From positions 1-63,546 of the IMG/VR virus record IMGVR_UViG_3300020122_000568: a stretch of DNA of 63,546 nucleotides; one strand, given 5' to 3'. This DNA comes from a virus (Duplodnaviria > Caudoviricetes). The notes beneath the pieces are model-generated. The model was not told where the DNA came from. It saw only the letters and a program-made list of their open reading frames with translations, and made no database searches. A program made the translations under genes and the position numbers. Every line of letters starts with the position of its first letter. Positions within the stretch are counted from its first letter, which is position 1. Shown here piece after piece: positions 27,772 through 37,661 of the stretch.

Positions 27772-29406
27772 CTAGTAGTGGACGGTCGAGAACTTGTTAC
27801 GCGCGCTCTGCGTCGGGAACGACACGGCGTCGCTCACGGCGTCCTTGATGAACTTGTACGTGTCGATGCGAACGCGGTCGGCGTCGCGGGCGTCGTTGAT
27901 CGTCTGCTGCACCGTCATGTTGACGTTGACGTTCATGTTGCCCTGCTTGGTCGTGTTGGCCATGCCCAGCAGGTAGTCGGCCAGGTTGCTCTTGGAGGGA
28001 CCGCCACCAGCTGCGGTCTTCGCCGGCTTCGGGATCGGCATGTCGCCGAACAGCGAGCCGATCCCGTTGTCCTTGAGGCGCGAGAGAAAGTCGTTCCGCC
28101 CCGACTCCTGGCGCTCGCGGAAGCGGCGGTTGCCTTCCTTCTCGCGGCTCGACATGGCGTCGTCGATGTCTCGGTCGGTCGCGCCCGCCGGGATGATGCC
28201 GGCCTTCTTCATCAACCAGCGCATCGGCTTGACGTCGATCATGTCCTCGAACGACTCGCGCAGTTCGTCCATGTAGGCGATCGCAACGGCGAGCGCAGCG
28301 ACGAGCGCTGAGACGGCGACGACGATGGCTCCGATCGGATTGGCCGCCATGGCGATGTTGAGGCCCCACTGCGCCACCGTGAGCGCTTCGAGCGCGACTG
28401 CCTTGACCCCCGCCAAGATGAGCCACCGGCTCTCCCACACGAATGCGGCGGCGAGCGCGAGGCGGTAGACGCCCCAGGTGGCCGCGACGTAGGCGATGAC
28501 GGCCGAGATGGTGCGGAAGTGATTGGCGAGCCACACGATGACGTCGCCGAGCTTCTTCGCCCACTCCCAGACGAACTTGATGGCCTGGCCGAGACCTTCG
28601 CCGAGGCGCTTGGCGAAGAGGTCGACCGAGACGCGGTTCTTCTCGTACCAGGTGTTGACGTCGATCAGCACGCGCTTCAGCGATTCCAGCATCGGAACGG
28701 CGACGTTGCGCTTGAAGAAGTTGAAGTACGTCTCGGTCGTGGTGCTCACCGAAGTCCACGTGTTGCCGGCGGCAGCGAGCGCATCGTCGAAACCGCGCGT
28801 CGCCTTGGACAGGGCCTCCCAGCGCTTCTCCGGGCTCATCTCGTTGAACGCCTTTGCGTCGGAGATGCCCAAGAGCGGCTTCAGGTGCATGAACAGGGCG
28901 TTGGAAGCGCGTGCGCGGCCCTCCATGAGCATCTGGAGCTCGCGTCCGACCATGGCCGAGTCCATGCGGAAGAGGCGGCCGATGCCTTGGTACTTCAGCG
29001 CGACCTCTTCGATGGCCTTGATCGACTGCCCCGATTCGACGCCGCCGGGGAGCAGGCCGCGGAAGATCTCCTGCACGTCCTCGAACGTGCCTGGCACCTT
29101 GGCCGAGCGCATCATGAGGTCGTCGAGCAGTTCGCGGCTCATCATGAGCGCGCGATTGAATCCGTCGGGCCCCTTCGTGCCTGCCGCGCCGAACGCCTGA
29201 AACATGCCGGCGAAGGCGAGCCGCGTGTCCTCGGCCTTCTGACCAGCCACGATCAGACTCTCGCCCACGCCCTTGAAGAACCCCGTGACCATCCCGGCGA
29301 GGTTCGCCAAGTGGTCGAACATCGACGACAGGCGCCAGACGCGGCTTTCCGCGTCGCCGCTGTTCATGCGGTAGTTGAGCGCGATGTTGTAGGTCGTGTC
29401 GGCCAT
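27772..29406 (-). CDS. Tape measure protein (short, 544 aa)
   Basis: Ala-rich helical; LNIAMAANPIGAIVVAVSALVAAL motif. Confidence 0.85.
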   Translation of the reverse strand: MADTTYNIALNYRMNSGDAESRVWRLSSMFDHLANLAGMVTGFFKGVGESLIVAGQKAEDTRLAFAGMFQAFGAAGTKGPDGFNRALMMSRELLDDLMMRSAKVPGTFEDVQEIFRGLLPGGVESGQSIKAIEEVALKYQGIGRLFRMDSAMVGRELQMLMEGRARASNALFMHLKPLLGISDAKAFNEMSPEKRWEALSKATRGFDDALAAAGNTWTSVSTTTETYFNFFKRNVAVPMLESLKRVLIDVNTWYEKNRVSVDLFAKRLGEGLGQAIKFVWEWAKKLGDVIVWLANHFRTISAVIAYVAATWGVYRLALAAAFVWESRWLILAGVKAVALEALTVAQWGLNIAMAANPIGAIVVAVSALVAALAVAIAYMDELRESFEDMIDVKPMRWLMKKAGIIPAGATDRDIDDAMSSREKEGNRRFRERQESGRNDFLSRLKDNGIGSLFGDMPIPKPAKTAAGGGPSKSNLADYLLGMANTTKQGNMNVNVNMTVQQTINDARDADRVRIDTYKFIKDAVSDAVSFPTQSARNKFSTVHY

Positions 29407-29548
29407 CAGTCTTCACCCGATTGGCGCCCCGCCTCGCCCTCGGCGCGCACGCGTTTCTGCAGGGCGTTGGCGATGGAGTAGAGGCGTTGGAGCGGCCAGG
29501 ATTCGATCTCGCTCAATTGCTGGTGGCCGTAGCGCATGACCATGACGA

Positions 29549-30013
29549 TCAACTCGTCGAAACTCGCCTCATCGTCCCCCGCAAAAAACCGGCACGCTCC
29601 CGATCGGCCGGCGACGGCGACGTCATCCTCTGCACCACCTCGAGCGCGGCCTGATAGTCGGTCACGTCGTCGAGCAGCACGTCGAGAGAGCGCGGTCCGC
29701 CGTCGACGATCAGTTCCAACTGCGTTGGCTTGATCCACTGGTCTTCGGTCACGCCGTCGAGCATGGCGTTGATATCCGGGATCTCCGTCAACTGCTGGTC
29801 TTCGCCGGCCACGAACTTCCATTCGAGCGGCGGCGTGATGCCAGCGAAATTCTGCTGCAGCAGTTCGTGCGCGAGCGCCAAGCTTCCCGCGTGGCTCGAT
29901 AGGTCCTTGCGCGCCCCCACCTTGTCGACGGCGAGACGGAACTGCTTGGTGCCGATGTGGAGCACGCGGATGGCGCGCCCCGACGGCAGCACGGCTTGCG
30001 CGTAGACGGCCAT
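29549..30013 (-). CDS. Tail assembly chaperone (frameshift-extended form ends at 29406)
   Basis: Between tube and TMP; slippery T-TTT-TTG near 3' end. Confidence 0.75.
   Translation of the reverse strand: MAVYAQAVLPSGRAIRVLHIGTKQFRLAVDKVGARKDLSSHAGSLALAHELLQQNFAGITPPLEWKFVAGEDQQLTEIPDINAMLDGVTEDQWIKPTQLELIVDGGPRSLDVLLDDVTDYQAALEVVQRMTSPSPADRERAGFLRGTMRRVSTS
29582..29588 (-). other. Programmed -1 frameshift heptamer TTTTTTG
   Basis: GGT TTT TTG; -1 frame stays open to 29406 (FAGDDEASFDELIVMVMRYGHQQLSEIESWP...). Confidence 0.75.
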
Positions 30014-30459
30014 CAGAGCGTCGCCTGGAATGCGAGGTCTTCGAACTGCAGGTCGAGCGTGTGCTTGACGCGATCGTCCTTGCCGCTGATGTTGATGTCC
30101 ATCTTCGACGTTCCTCGCTGGAGGATGTAGCCGTGGAAGGTGCCGTCGCGGTTGGCGAGCACGAGGCCGACGGAGAGCTCTGGGACAGCCTGGTTCGCTT
30201 GGCGCGCGGCCTTCTGCGCGAGCAGCGCGGAGACGATCTGCGCACCGGCGTACTGCAAGACGATCTTGGCGTCGTAGCCGATGGTCTGCTCGTCGGTGCG
30301 GTCGCGGAAGCGATTCAGGAGCTTGTCGCGATACTGCACGACCTGCTCGGTGACCTGCACCGACTCGGCGTTGTCGGTCTGCTGGAGAGCATTGCCGGCC
30401 AGGTAGATCGTGAGCGCCACCTTGGCCCCGGTGAGCGGTAGGGCTGGAATGCCGGACAT
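30013..30459 (-). CDS. Tail tube protein
   Basis: 148 aa beta-rich, directly after sheath. Confidence 0.75.
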   Translation of the reverse strand: MSGIPALPLTGAKVALTIYLAGNALQQTDNAESVQVTEQVVQYRDKLLNRFRDRTDEQTIGYDAKIVLQYAGAQIVSALLAQKAARQANQAVPELSVGLVLANRDGTFHGYILQRGTSKMDINISGKDDRVKHTLDLQFEDLAFQATL

Positions 30460-30491
30460 GGATTACCTCGTGAGGCGGAGGATTGAAGGGA

Positions 30492-32312
30492 CTACGAGAC
30501 GGTGACGACGACCGACGGGCCCCAGTTGATGTTCAGGAAGATCTCTTCCATCGGGGCCGGCGTGTTGCCGGTCGAGTTCATGATGAACTGCCCGAGCGCC
30601 GCGGTCTGGACGGTGTTGCTGGTCTTGATGTCGAGCGGGGCGACGCTGTTGAAGCGGCCCTTGAGCACTTCGCTCTGCAGGTAGTTGTCGATCGCGTTCT
30701 TGATCTGGCGCTGGTTGTCGATGATGTTGGGCCCGTTGACGAAGGTGAAAATGGCGTTCTTGATCGCCTTGGCCTCAAAGTCCTTGATGCGGCGGGTGAC
30801 CGCGTAGCGCTTGTTGGCGACGTTGGACGTGGTGCGGTCGTGCAGCGCCGCGAACGGACCCGACTCCAGTCTGATCGGAAGGCAGATGCCTGCCTGCGTC
30901 GCCTGGTTGCGCACGGTGTCGTCGCCCGTCGAGAAGTTCGTCGCCGGGATCGACGCGATGCCGTTGTAGTAGGTGGTGACGCGCGGGTCCCACCACGAGT
31001 GCGACTGCTGCGGCTCGAGGTTGATGATGGCCGAGGCGATGAAGGTCGAGAACGGCGTCAACTGCGGGTTGCCGAAGTCGTCGAGCACGTTCACGAAGGC
31101 GCCGGCGTAGATGACGCGGTCGTCGACGTAACTCTGCACGTTCGTCAGCACCGTCGAGAAGGTGCTGTTCGGAGACTCTTGGATGACCGCCATGCGGTCC
31201 GTCTTGAGGTCGACGTGGGCCTGCAGGTTCGCGTTGGTGGCAGTGCGGATCGAATCGCCGCAGTCGTCGATGCACACGACGCGCACGCCGTCGACGAGGC
31301 CCAGCTGCGTGAAGCCCGTGTTGTAGTCGGTCGCGGTGATGGCGATACCGTTGCTGCCGCCCTGGAAGTTGTAGGTCGCGTTCGCGGGCCGGGTGACCGG
31401 CGTGTTGATGAGCGCCAGCGAGGCGATGAGACGGCTCGCGCTGGTCTGCTGGGAGGTCAGCAGAATCGCGGTCGCCTGCGTCTGCAGGTTCGGATAGCGC
31501 TCGGAGGTGGTGCCGGTGTTGGCGTTCGTCAGGTTGATGACGAGGTCGAAGTGGTTGGCGATGCCGTCCGAGGCCGCGAGCACCTGAGCCGTCATGGCGC
31601 CGCCGTTCGGCATGGTGCCGGGGAACAGCGCCACGAGCTCGGCCACGGCGACGTTGGACGAGTCGAGGAGGTAGCACACCGCCTGCGTGTATCCGGTCGT
31701 GTTCGCCGTGGGGAGAGCGGAGCCGCCGGCGATGCCGGTGTCGTTGAACGTCGTGCCCGCGATGGCCGTGCCAACCTTGCCCGTGCTCGACGGCGTGCCG
31801 CTCGAAGCCGTGCGATAGACGTTGTAGGTGGTGGCGCCGACGACGCTCGACCAGTTGATGGTATTGAAGTTGGTTCCGTTCAGCGTTGCGTTGCCGGTGG
31901 TCGTCGTGACGACTTGGGAGCCGATGGTCTCGCCAGCGGCGTTGTTGGCAGTGACGGCGTACGAATAGGACGTCGCGCCTGGCGTGCCGCCTTGGGTGAT
32001 CGTCGTGATGAGTGGAGGCAGGAGGCCCTGCGAGCCGCCGAGGATGCGCACCATGCACCACGGCACGCTCTTGCGCCGCATCGTCGCGTAGTAGCCCGTC
32101 GAGGTGTGCGCGCTGCCGGCGGGGAAGTACGTCGCGATCATGTCCGACGACGACAGCGGCGTGTAGAACGCCTTGACCGGGCCCCACTCGCTCTGCATGA
32201 CGAGGCCGACGAAGCCGTTGCTGATCGAGTCGATGAGCGTCGGCGTCGCTTGCTCGATCGGGAAGAATCCCGGCTGCTGAACAGCCGCGATGCTGGTCGC
32301 GAAGAGGGACAT
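30492..32312 (-). CDS. Tail sheath protein with inserted FN3/Ig-like domain
   Basis: SEWGPV; VTRRIKD..FVNGPN..PMEEIFLNI; insertion SYAVTANNAAGET..WSSVVGATTYNVYR. Confidence 0.88.
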   Translation of the reverse strand: MSLFATSIAAVQQPGFFPIEQATPTLIDSISNGFVGLVMQSEWGPVKAFYTPLSSSDMIATYFPAGSAHTSTGYYATMRRKSVPWCMVRILGGSQGLLPPLITTITQGGTPGATSYSYAVTANNAAGETIGSQVVTTTTGNATLNGTNFNTINWSSVVGATTYNVYRTASSGTPSSTGKVGTAIAGTTFNDTGIAGGSALPTANTTGYTQAVCYLLDSSNVAVAELVALFPGTMPNGGAMTAQVLAASDGIANHFDLVINLTNANTGTTSERYPNLQTQATAILLTSQQTSASRLIASLALINTPVTRPANATYNFQGGSNGIAITATDYNTGFTQLGLVDGVRVVCIDDCGDSIRTATNANLQAHVDLKTDRMAVIQESPNSTFSTVLTNVQSYVDDRVIYAGAFVNVLDDFGNPQLTPFSTFIASAIINLEPQQSHSWWDPRVTTYYNGIASIPATNFSTGDDTVRNQATQAGICLPIRLESGPFAALHDRTTSNVANKRYAVTRRIKDFEAKAIKNAIFTFVNGPNIIDNQRQIKNAIDNYLQSEVLKGRFNSVAPLDIKTSNTVQTAALGQFIMNSTGNTPAPMEEIFLNINWGPSVVVTVS

Positions 32313-32328
32313 GCTGATCCTCGGCGGG

Positions 32329-32370
32329 AAAATGAAAAGGGCGTCCCCCGGTCGAGCCGGAGCGACACCC
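32329..32370 (-). terminator. Putative intrinsic terminator/attenuator before sheath gene
   Basis: GC hairpin followed by TTTTCATTTT on minus strand. Confidence 0.55.
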
Positions 32371-32396
32371 TCGTGTTGATGGTTACGGAACTAGAA

Positions 32397-33290
32397 CTAG
32401 GAGCAGGTGACCGTGGTGCTGCCGGAAACGGTCATGTACGTGGCGGTGATGGTGGCCGTGCCGACGCTGACGCGCGTGACGAGACCGGTCGAGTTCACGG
32501 TTGCCACCGCTGGGTTCGACGACACCCAAACGGACCACGCGGACACATCGACCGTCGAGCTATCGGCCAACGTCGACGTTGCGGTCATCTGCTGCGTCGG
32601 GCTGCCGCTGGTCAGCGTCGGATTCGCGGGCGTGAGCGCCATCGACGACGGCGTCTGCGCGAGCTGGTAAAGCTCGTTCGAACCGCCGTTGACCGCCATC
32701 TGCATGACGATCGTCTTCATGAGCGGCTTGGTGTCCTGCGCCATCAGGTAGATCAGCGCCTCACCGTCCCAGGTCGCGCGCCATTCGCCCATGAGCGCGG
32801 GGTCGCTGCCCTCTCGCGGACCAGGCGCCGGCTCGAATCTGAACTCGGCGGTGACCGAGAAGTACGTCGGGATCGGAATCACCAATCCCGGCGCCTGCGC
32901 AAGCTCGGGCTGATTGCCGGCGACGCCGAGCGTGACATCGGCGGGTACGTTCACGAGCGGCGTCACCGAGGCCGCGAGGTCGTCGCGCAGCGACTCGTAT
33001 TGCGCCCATGCGTCGAGTTGCAGCGGAATCTTCAGCTTGCCGTAACTGTAGAGCACCGTGCAGTTGACGCCCGTCGTCGGCGTCACGCTCCACACTACCG
33101 GCTGGTGATACTCGGTAACCTGCCCGTCGGAAGGAGCCAGCACGGTCAGCGACTGCGGCGGGAACGCCCGCTGCGGCGTCGGCCAGTTCTCGGTGACTAG
33201 CAGGCTCGGCCACGACGCCGACAGGTTGGTGCGCAGGTAATTCGCGAGCGCGAGGCGCACCGCCACTTTTGCGTTGGGCAGGAGCGCCAT
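32397..33290 (-). CDS. Tail completion protein with C-terminal Ig-like (Big_2) domain
   Basis: WVSSNPAVATVNSTGLVTRVSVGTATITATY. Confidence 0.75.
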   Translation of the reverse strand: MALLPNAKVAVRLALANYLRTNLSASWPSLLVTENWPTPQRAFPPQSLTVLAPSDGQVTEYHQPVVWSVTPTTGVNCTVLYSYGKLKIPLQLDAWAQYESLRDDLAASVTPLVNVPADVTLGVAGNQPELAQAPGLVIPIPTYFSVTAEFRFEPAPGPREGSDPALMGEWRATWDGEALIYLMAQDTKPLMKTIVMQMAVNGGSNELYQLAQTPSSMALTPANPTLTSGSPTQQMTATSTLADSSTVDVSAWSVWVSSNPAVATVNSTGLVTRVSVGTATITATYMTVSGSTTVTCS

Positions 33291-33299
33291 GGGTTCACG

Positions 33300-33737
33300 T
33301 CAGGTGATGAGAGACTTGAAGATGAGGCTTGCGGCGATCAACTCGATCTTGGGAATCGACCGGCGCACGAACCACGTCGGCGGCGTGCCCTGCTCTCCGA
33401 TCTTGCGCTGGACCGCGCGCGCCATCGCGAACGGGTTCTCGGCGCCCTTCAATTGGCACCAGCGAATCAGCGGACCCAGCGGCGGGAAGTGCGGCAGCGT
33501 TCCGTATTCGACGTGCGCGGCATGCGGCGCGTCGATCGTGATCTTGGCACCGTCTGCGGTGGGCTCGGCTCCGATCGAGCGCTTGAGGTCTCCGAATGCC
33601 ACCGGCGCCGCGGCCGCGATGATGGCGGCACCTTGTACGGCGACCGTCAACTGCGCGACCCTGAGCCGGCGGATACGCGCTTTGTCGTGCGCGACCAGCA
33701 TCGGACCGAGTTGCGCGGCGGAGATGTTGTGGACCAT
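33300..33737 (-). CDS. HK97 gp10-like neck protein
   Basis: APVAFGDLKRSI..HAAHVEYGT. Confidence 0.8.
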   Translation of the reverse strand: MVHNISAAQLGPMLVAHDKARIRRLRVAQLTVAVQGAAIIAAAAPVAFGDLKRSIGAEPTADGAKITIDAPHAAHVEYGTLPHFPPLGPLIRWCQLKGAENPFAMARAVQRKIGEQGTPPTWFVRRSIPKIELIAASLIFKSLIT

Positions 33738-34195
33738 CAGCCGCGGATCGGGCCGTGGAGTTGGCGCGCGATGATCGTGTAGCGGAACGCGCGATCGAAG
33801 CGAAACTCGACAGCCTCGCATTCGATGGGAGCCGCTTCGTCGCCCGTCAGGATGATCGCGACGTCCTGCGGAATCGTTCCCGGTCGGATGTTGAGTTGCG
33901 CCGGCGTGAAGCCTCCGGTCGTGGGCGTCGTGTAGCGCGGCGTGATGGCGTCGATGCGGAAGTCGCCGAGTCGGTAGGTGCCGCCGCTCGAGGCAACCTC
34001 TTGCGTGGTGACGACGCGGACGCGCGGCGGCGGATTGATGTCGACGTCGGTGTTCGTGGTGCCGAGCTCGCCCGGGTAGGCACCGCCCCACGTGCGGCTG
34101 CGCAGCGTGACCGTGTAGCGACGGAAACCGAGCGTATTGGGGATTCCGCGCAGTGAATCGATCGCCGGCAGAAGGCCGTCGCGCAGCGTCGCCAT
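33737..34195 (-). CDS. Head closure protein
   Basis: Position in neck module. Confidence 0.6.
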   Translation of the reverse strand: MATLRDGLLPAIDSLRGIPNTLGFRRYTVTLRSRTWGGAYPGELGTTNTDVDINPPPRVRVVTTQEVASSGGTYRLGDFRIDAITPRYTTPTTGGFTPAQLNIRPGTIPQDVAIILTGDEAAPIECEAVEFRFDRAFRYTIIARQLHGPIRG

Positions 34196-34199
34196 GGGG

Positions 34200-34577
34200 T
34201 CACATCACCGTGATCGATTGGTTGTTGGTGCGATTGAGGCGCGGCACCATCACCGTCGCCGACAACTGGTCGATCCAGTATTCGCGCAGCCGATTCAGCG
34301 AGCGGAATGCGTTCAAGGCGTCGATCTTGACCTCGCCGATGACTTCGGTCGCCTGCGCCTGCAAGAGGACCTGCGTCTGCAGTTGCACGTCGATGGCGGC
34401 GAGGTTGGTCAAGATCGTGTTGCGGACGTAGCCCTCGGCCCAGGTCAGGTCGAGATTCTTCTGGACGACGTCCTCAAAGACGATGGCGACGTCGAAGAAG
34501 GGGATGGCGCGCGCCGTGAGATTGCCGTAGCCGAGGTAGAACTTGCATTGCTCGAGCTCAGCCTGCGACAGCGCCAC
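34200..34577 (-). CDS. Head-tail adaptor
   Basis: Position; LSQAELEQCKFYLGY. Confidence 0.6.
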   Translation of the reverse strand: MALSQAELEQCKFYLGYGNLTARAIPFFDVAIVFEDVVQKNLDLTWAEGYVRNTILTNLAAIDVQLQTQVLLQAQATEVIGEVKIDALNAFRSLNRLREYWIDQLSATVMVPRLNRTNNQSITVM

Positions 34578-34589
34578 GATGCACCTCTA

Positions 34590-35012
34590 TCAGCCCGAGG
34601 GAAGAACGATGCGCTTCTGCGATCGCGCCATCTCCGCCTTGATCATGTCGACCGTCGCGTCGTCGCCACCCTGCGGCGCCAACGGGCGCGGCGGGTTGAT
34701 GGCGTTCTGCTCCTCAAGCTCGCGCTTGATGAAGTTGACCGAGGCCGCGTGCGACTTGGCGCGCATCTCGATCGTGACTTCGCCGGGCAGCGTGACCTGA
34801 ACGCCGTGGCGAGCATGATCGGCTGCGAGCGCTCGATCACGCGCTTCTGTCGACGCCTTCTCGGCCGCCATCTCGGCCTTGATCTGCGCCAGCGTCGACT
34901 CCTGCGAGCGGCGCTGCTCGTCTGCGGGCAGGGGATCGCCGGGAAGCCGCGCCGGCTGCGTCGCAGCGACGACCGCCGTCTTCGCTTGCGGTTGGTGCTG
35001 ATGCTTGCTCAT
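34590..35012 (-). CDS. Hypothetical protein
   Basis: RBS GGAG; operon ORF. Confidence 0.6.
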   Translation of the reverse strand: MSKHQHQPQAKTAVVAATQPARLPGDPLPADEQRRSQESTLAQIKAEMAAEKASTEARDRALAADHARHGVQVTLPGEVTIEMRAKSHAASVNFIKRELEEQNAINPPRPLAPQGGDDATVDMIKAEMARSQKRIVLPSG

Positions 35013-35024
35013 GCGTCACTCCGA

Positions 35025-35399
35025 TTAGTAGATCGGAAACCCGGTCGCGTCGATGATGAGTTGCGACGACGTCACGGTTCCGGTCGACGTGTAGCGGCAG
35101 CGGAACTGCTTGCAGCCGAAGACGAACACGGTCAGAGCGAGGTTGCCCGACGCCACGAGCGCGCCCGTCGACGAGATCGCGCCCTGAGCGTACATGTCCT
35201 CCCACGTCGAACCGTCGGGGTTGAGCACCTGCGGAAACACCGTGGCGTTCGTGAGCGAGCCGAGCGTGAACTTGACATGGATGATCACGCCGTACGACAC
35301 CAGCGACGACGGCGGCAGGTTGATCGCCGTCGAGTTTCCCGACGCAGCCAGCGGCGTCAGGGTCAGGAGGTTCGGATACTGAATTGCCCGCGTAGGCAT
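35025..35399 (-). CDS. Putative capsid decoration protein
   Basis: Beta-rich, after MCP. Confidence 0.55.
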   Translation of the reverse strand: MPTRAIQYPNLLTLTPLAASGNSTAINLPPSSLVSYGVIIHVKFTLGSLTNATVFPQVLNPDGSTWEDMYAQGAISSTGALVASGNLALTVFVFGCKQFRCRYTSTGTVTSSQLIIDATGFPIY

Positions 35400-35422
35400 C
35401 GTGGAATCCTTGGATGGTGGTG

Positions 35423-35472
35423 AAAGAAAACAGGCACGGCGCCCCTGCTACTGCCTTGGAGCGCCGTGCCTG
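35423..35472 (-). terminator. Intrinsic terminator after major capsid gene
   Basis: CAGGCACGGCGC/GCGCCGTGCCTG stem followed by TTTTCTTT. Confidence 0.8.
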
Positions 35473-35491
35473 CGGGATGGGTGCGCGATGC

Positions 35492-36640
35492 TTACGTGGT
35501 GAGGATTTCCTGGACGAAGGTCGAGTCCTGGATCGCCCAGCCCTCGTGCGCGAGCCAGACGAACCGAGCGAAGCGGCCGAAGTCGTCGGCCTTGTCGCGC
35601 GCGGCCCACGCGTCGCGGCTCAGCGCCCAGGTGAGCGCCATCGGGGCGATCACGAGGCCCTTGTAGCCCGTGACCGAGCCCGCTCCGAGGTTGGTCGGCA
35701 CCGGCATGCGCTGCGACTCGCAGAGCACGACGTTCTCGATCACGCCGACGTAGCCGGGGAAGAGCACGTTGTAGTTGTTGAAGACGCCGAGCGGCTGATA
35801 GCGGGGGTCGTTCTTCAGCTGCTGGATCTGGTGCGGGTGGAACACGCCCACGTATCGGCCGTCGAAGTCCAATCCTGGCACGTAGCGCGTCTTCAACTGC
35901 TCGACGGCCTTGAACACGAGGTCCAGCGTCATCGGCTCGTTCGCCGATCCGGTGAGCGCCGCGTTGCTCGCTGCATCGGCGCCGCGCGTGATGCCGTTCG
36001 CGTTCGACTCGGCGGCGGCGACGAGGTAGTTGATCAGCGTGTCGTCGAGGAACTTGTAGCGGTCGCGGCGAAGTTGATTGCCGATGTCGGCGAGCAGGTC
36101 GTGCGCGGCGCGCGCCTGCGTGAACAGCGTCATCGACAGCGGCACGACGTTGGCGTTCGGGTCGCCGGGGCCGCCGTACTCGTAGATGCTCACCTCGATC
36201 TGATCGCGGGTGATCGCCTGCGTGTTGCCGGCGAGCTTCGTCTGCGGCGCGATGCGGCGGTTGGCCAGCGTGGTCGCGCCGTCGGTGAAGCGCGGACGGT
36301 TGACCTTGATCGTGGTGCCGGGCTGTGCGGCCGTCGGCTCCATCGTGATCATGCCGGGGAAGGTGAAGTTCTGACCGGCCAGCGTGAGCGGGCCGCCCAT
36401 GCCTCCCGACATCGCCCAGACGGTGTTCGCGAGCGCGCCGACGTCGGCGACGCGGCCTTCCTGGAGTTGCAGCATCGCCGCGTTGTAGGCGTCGTTGCTG
36501 GCGAACCCTGCGGCCTGAGCCGCCGCGTACGCCCAGCGAGCGAAAACGAACTGCGGATCGGGGACGACGAGCAGGCGCTGCGTGAGGCGGTCGGTGAATT
36601 CTGCGGAGAGGATGACATCAGAAGACGGAACGTCGGCCAT
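35492..36640 (-). CDS. Major capsid protein
   Basis: PGTTIKVNR, YVGVFHPHQIQQL, VGVIENV, DDFGR; strong RBS AAGGAGG; after scaffold. Confidence 0.85.
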   Translation of the reverse strand: MADVPSSDVILSAEFTDRLTQRLLVVPDPQFVFARWAYAAAQAAGFASNDAYNAAMLQLQEGRVADVGALANTVWAMSGGMGGPLTLAGQNFTFPGMITMEPTAAQPGTTIKVNRPRFTDGATTLANRRIAPQTKLAGNTQAITRDQIEVSIYEYGGPGDPNANVVPLSMTLFTQARAAHDLLADIGNQLRRDRYKFLDDTLINYLVAAAESNANGITRGADAASNAALTGSANEPMTLDLVFKAVEQLKTRYVPGLDFDGRYVGVFHPHQIQQLKNDPRYQPLGVFNNYNVLFPGYVGVIENVVLCESQRMPVPTNLGAGSVTGYKGLVIAPMALTWALSRDAWAARDKADDFGRFARFVWLAHEGWAIQDSTFVQEILTT

Positions 36641-36754
36641 AGAACGGCCCTCCTTTTAGCCGCCGCTCCAATTCCCTCTCGTCAGCCACCGACGGGATGC
36701 CGGTGGTTCACGACAGGGCTGATGTGTGGATTCGGCGTGTGATCGAAAAAGCGG

Positions 36755-37519
36755 CTACGACCAGTCCGAGTCGATCGCGTACTGGTTGGCCGCGTAGAAC
36801 TGAGCTGCGAGGCGCTGACGGCCGATCTTCTCGGCCTGGGATTCGTTCGGTCGCTCGGCCCGCATCTGCTCCCACGTCTGCTTGGGCGTGGGGTTGGCGG
36901 TTGCCGGCGGCGCTTTCGGGTTCGTGGCGTTGCTGGTGTTGGCGGGATTCGCCGGCCTGGCGTCGGTCTTCGCCTGCGCGCTCGCCGCCGCTGCTTCTTT
37001 GACGGTGATAAGTCCCGAGTCCTTGGCCGTCTTGATGGCCTTGAGCCGAGCCTCGAGCGAGTCGCCCGCAGTCGCTGCGATGAACTTCTGCAGGCCCTCG
37101 GGCAAGGCTGCGAACTGCTCGTCGGCGTACGTCTTGGCGAGCGATTCGTAGGCGCCGATCTGCTCCTTCATTGCCTTGAGTTCGGCTTCTGCCTTGTCGG
37201 CGCGCGCCTTCTCGGCCGCGCTCGCAGCCGTCGCGGCTGATGCCTGCTCGTTGGCGTCGGCGAGGCGAACTTTGCCGTCCTTGATCTGGTCCAGCATGCG
37301 CGCGCGCTCCGACTTACCCTTGACGCCCAGATCTTTGAGCAGCCCATTGGCGCCCTTTGCCTCGGCCTTTGCCTTGAGCTCGGCCTCGCGTTCGCGCTTG
37401 GTCGGCTTCAACGCCTCACGTAGCGCCTCGACGACCGGCTTGGCGTTCTGCTGCGCCTTGGGCGCAGGCTGCGCGACAGCAGCGGGCGCACCCGTAGCGG
37501 GCGCATTCTCATCGGCCAT
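36755..37519 (-). CDS. Capsid scaffolding protein
   Basis: Ala/Lys/Glu coiled coil upstream of MCP. Confidence 0.7.
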   Translation of the reverse strand: MADENAPATGAPAAVAQPAPKAQQNAKPVVEALREALKPTKREREAELKAKAEAKGANGLLKDLGVKGKSERARMLDQIKDGKVRLADANEQASAATAASAAEKARADKAEAELKAMKEQIGAYESLAKTYADEQFAALPEGLQKFIAATAGDSLEARLKAIKTAKDSGLITVKEAAAASAQAKTDARPANPANTSNATNPKAPPATANPTPKQTWEQMRAERPNESQAEKIGRQRLAAQFYAANQYAIDSDWS

Positions 37520-37661
37520 GGCTGTTCTCCTTCCGCCGCGCTATGCGGCACCGACCGGATTTCGCCCGCGATGCGGGCACCGTTCCGTCGAGACGATTGG
37601 AGTGGATGCCGGTGTACGAAGCCCACCGGCAGGCGTTGGAGAGCGGAGAGCGAAGCGAGAC

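Noticed and set aside
19723-32312. Tailocin or extracellular contractile injection system
   Set aside because: Linked to terminase, portal and capsid genes, so it is an ordinary phage tail
30483-33200. Long antisense ORFs (e.g. 30483-33200 +, 9671-11446 -, 15192-16682 +)
   Set aside because: Shadow frames of real genes caused by high GC and stop-codon scarcity
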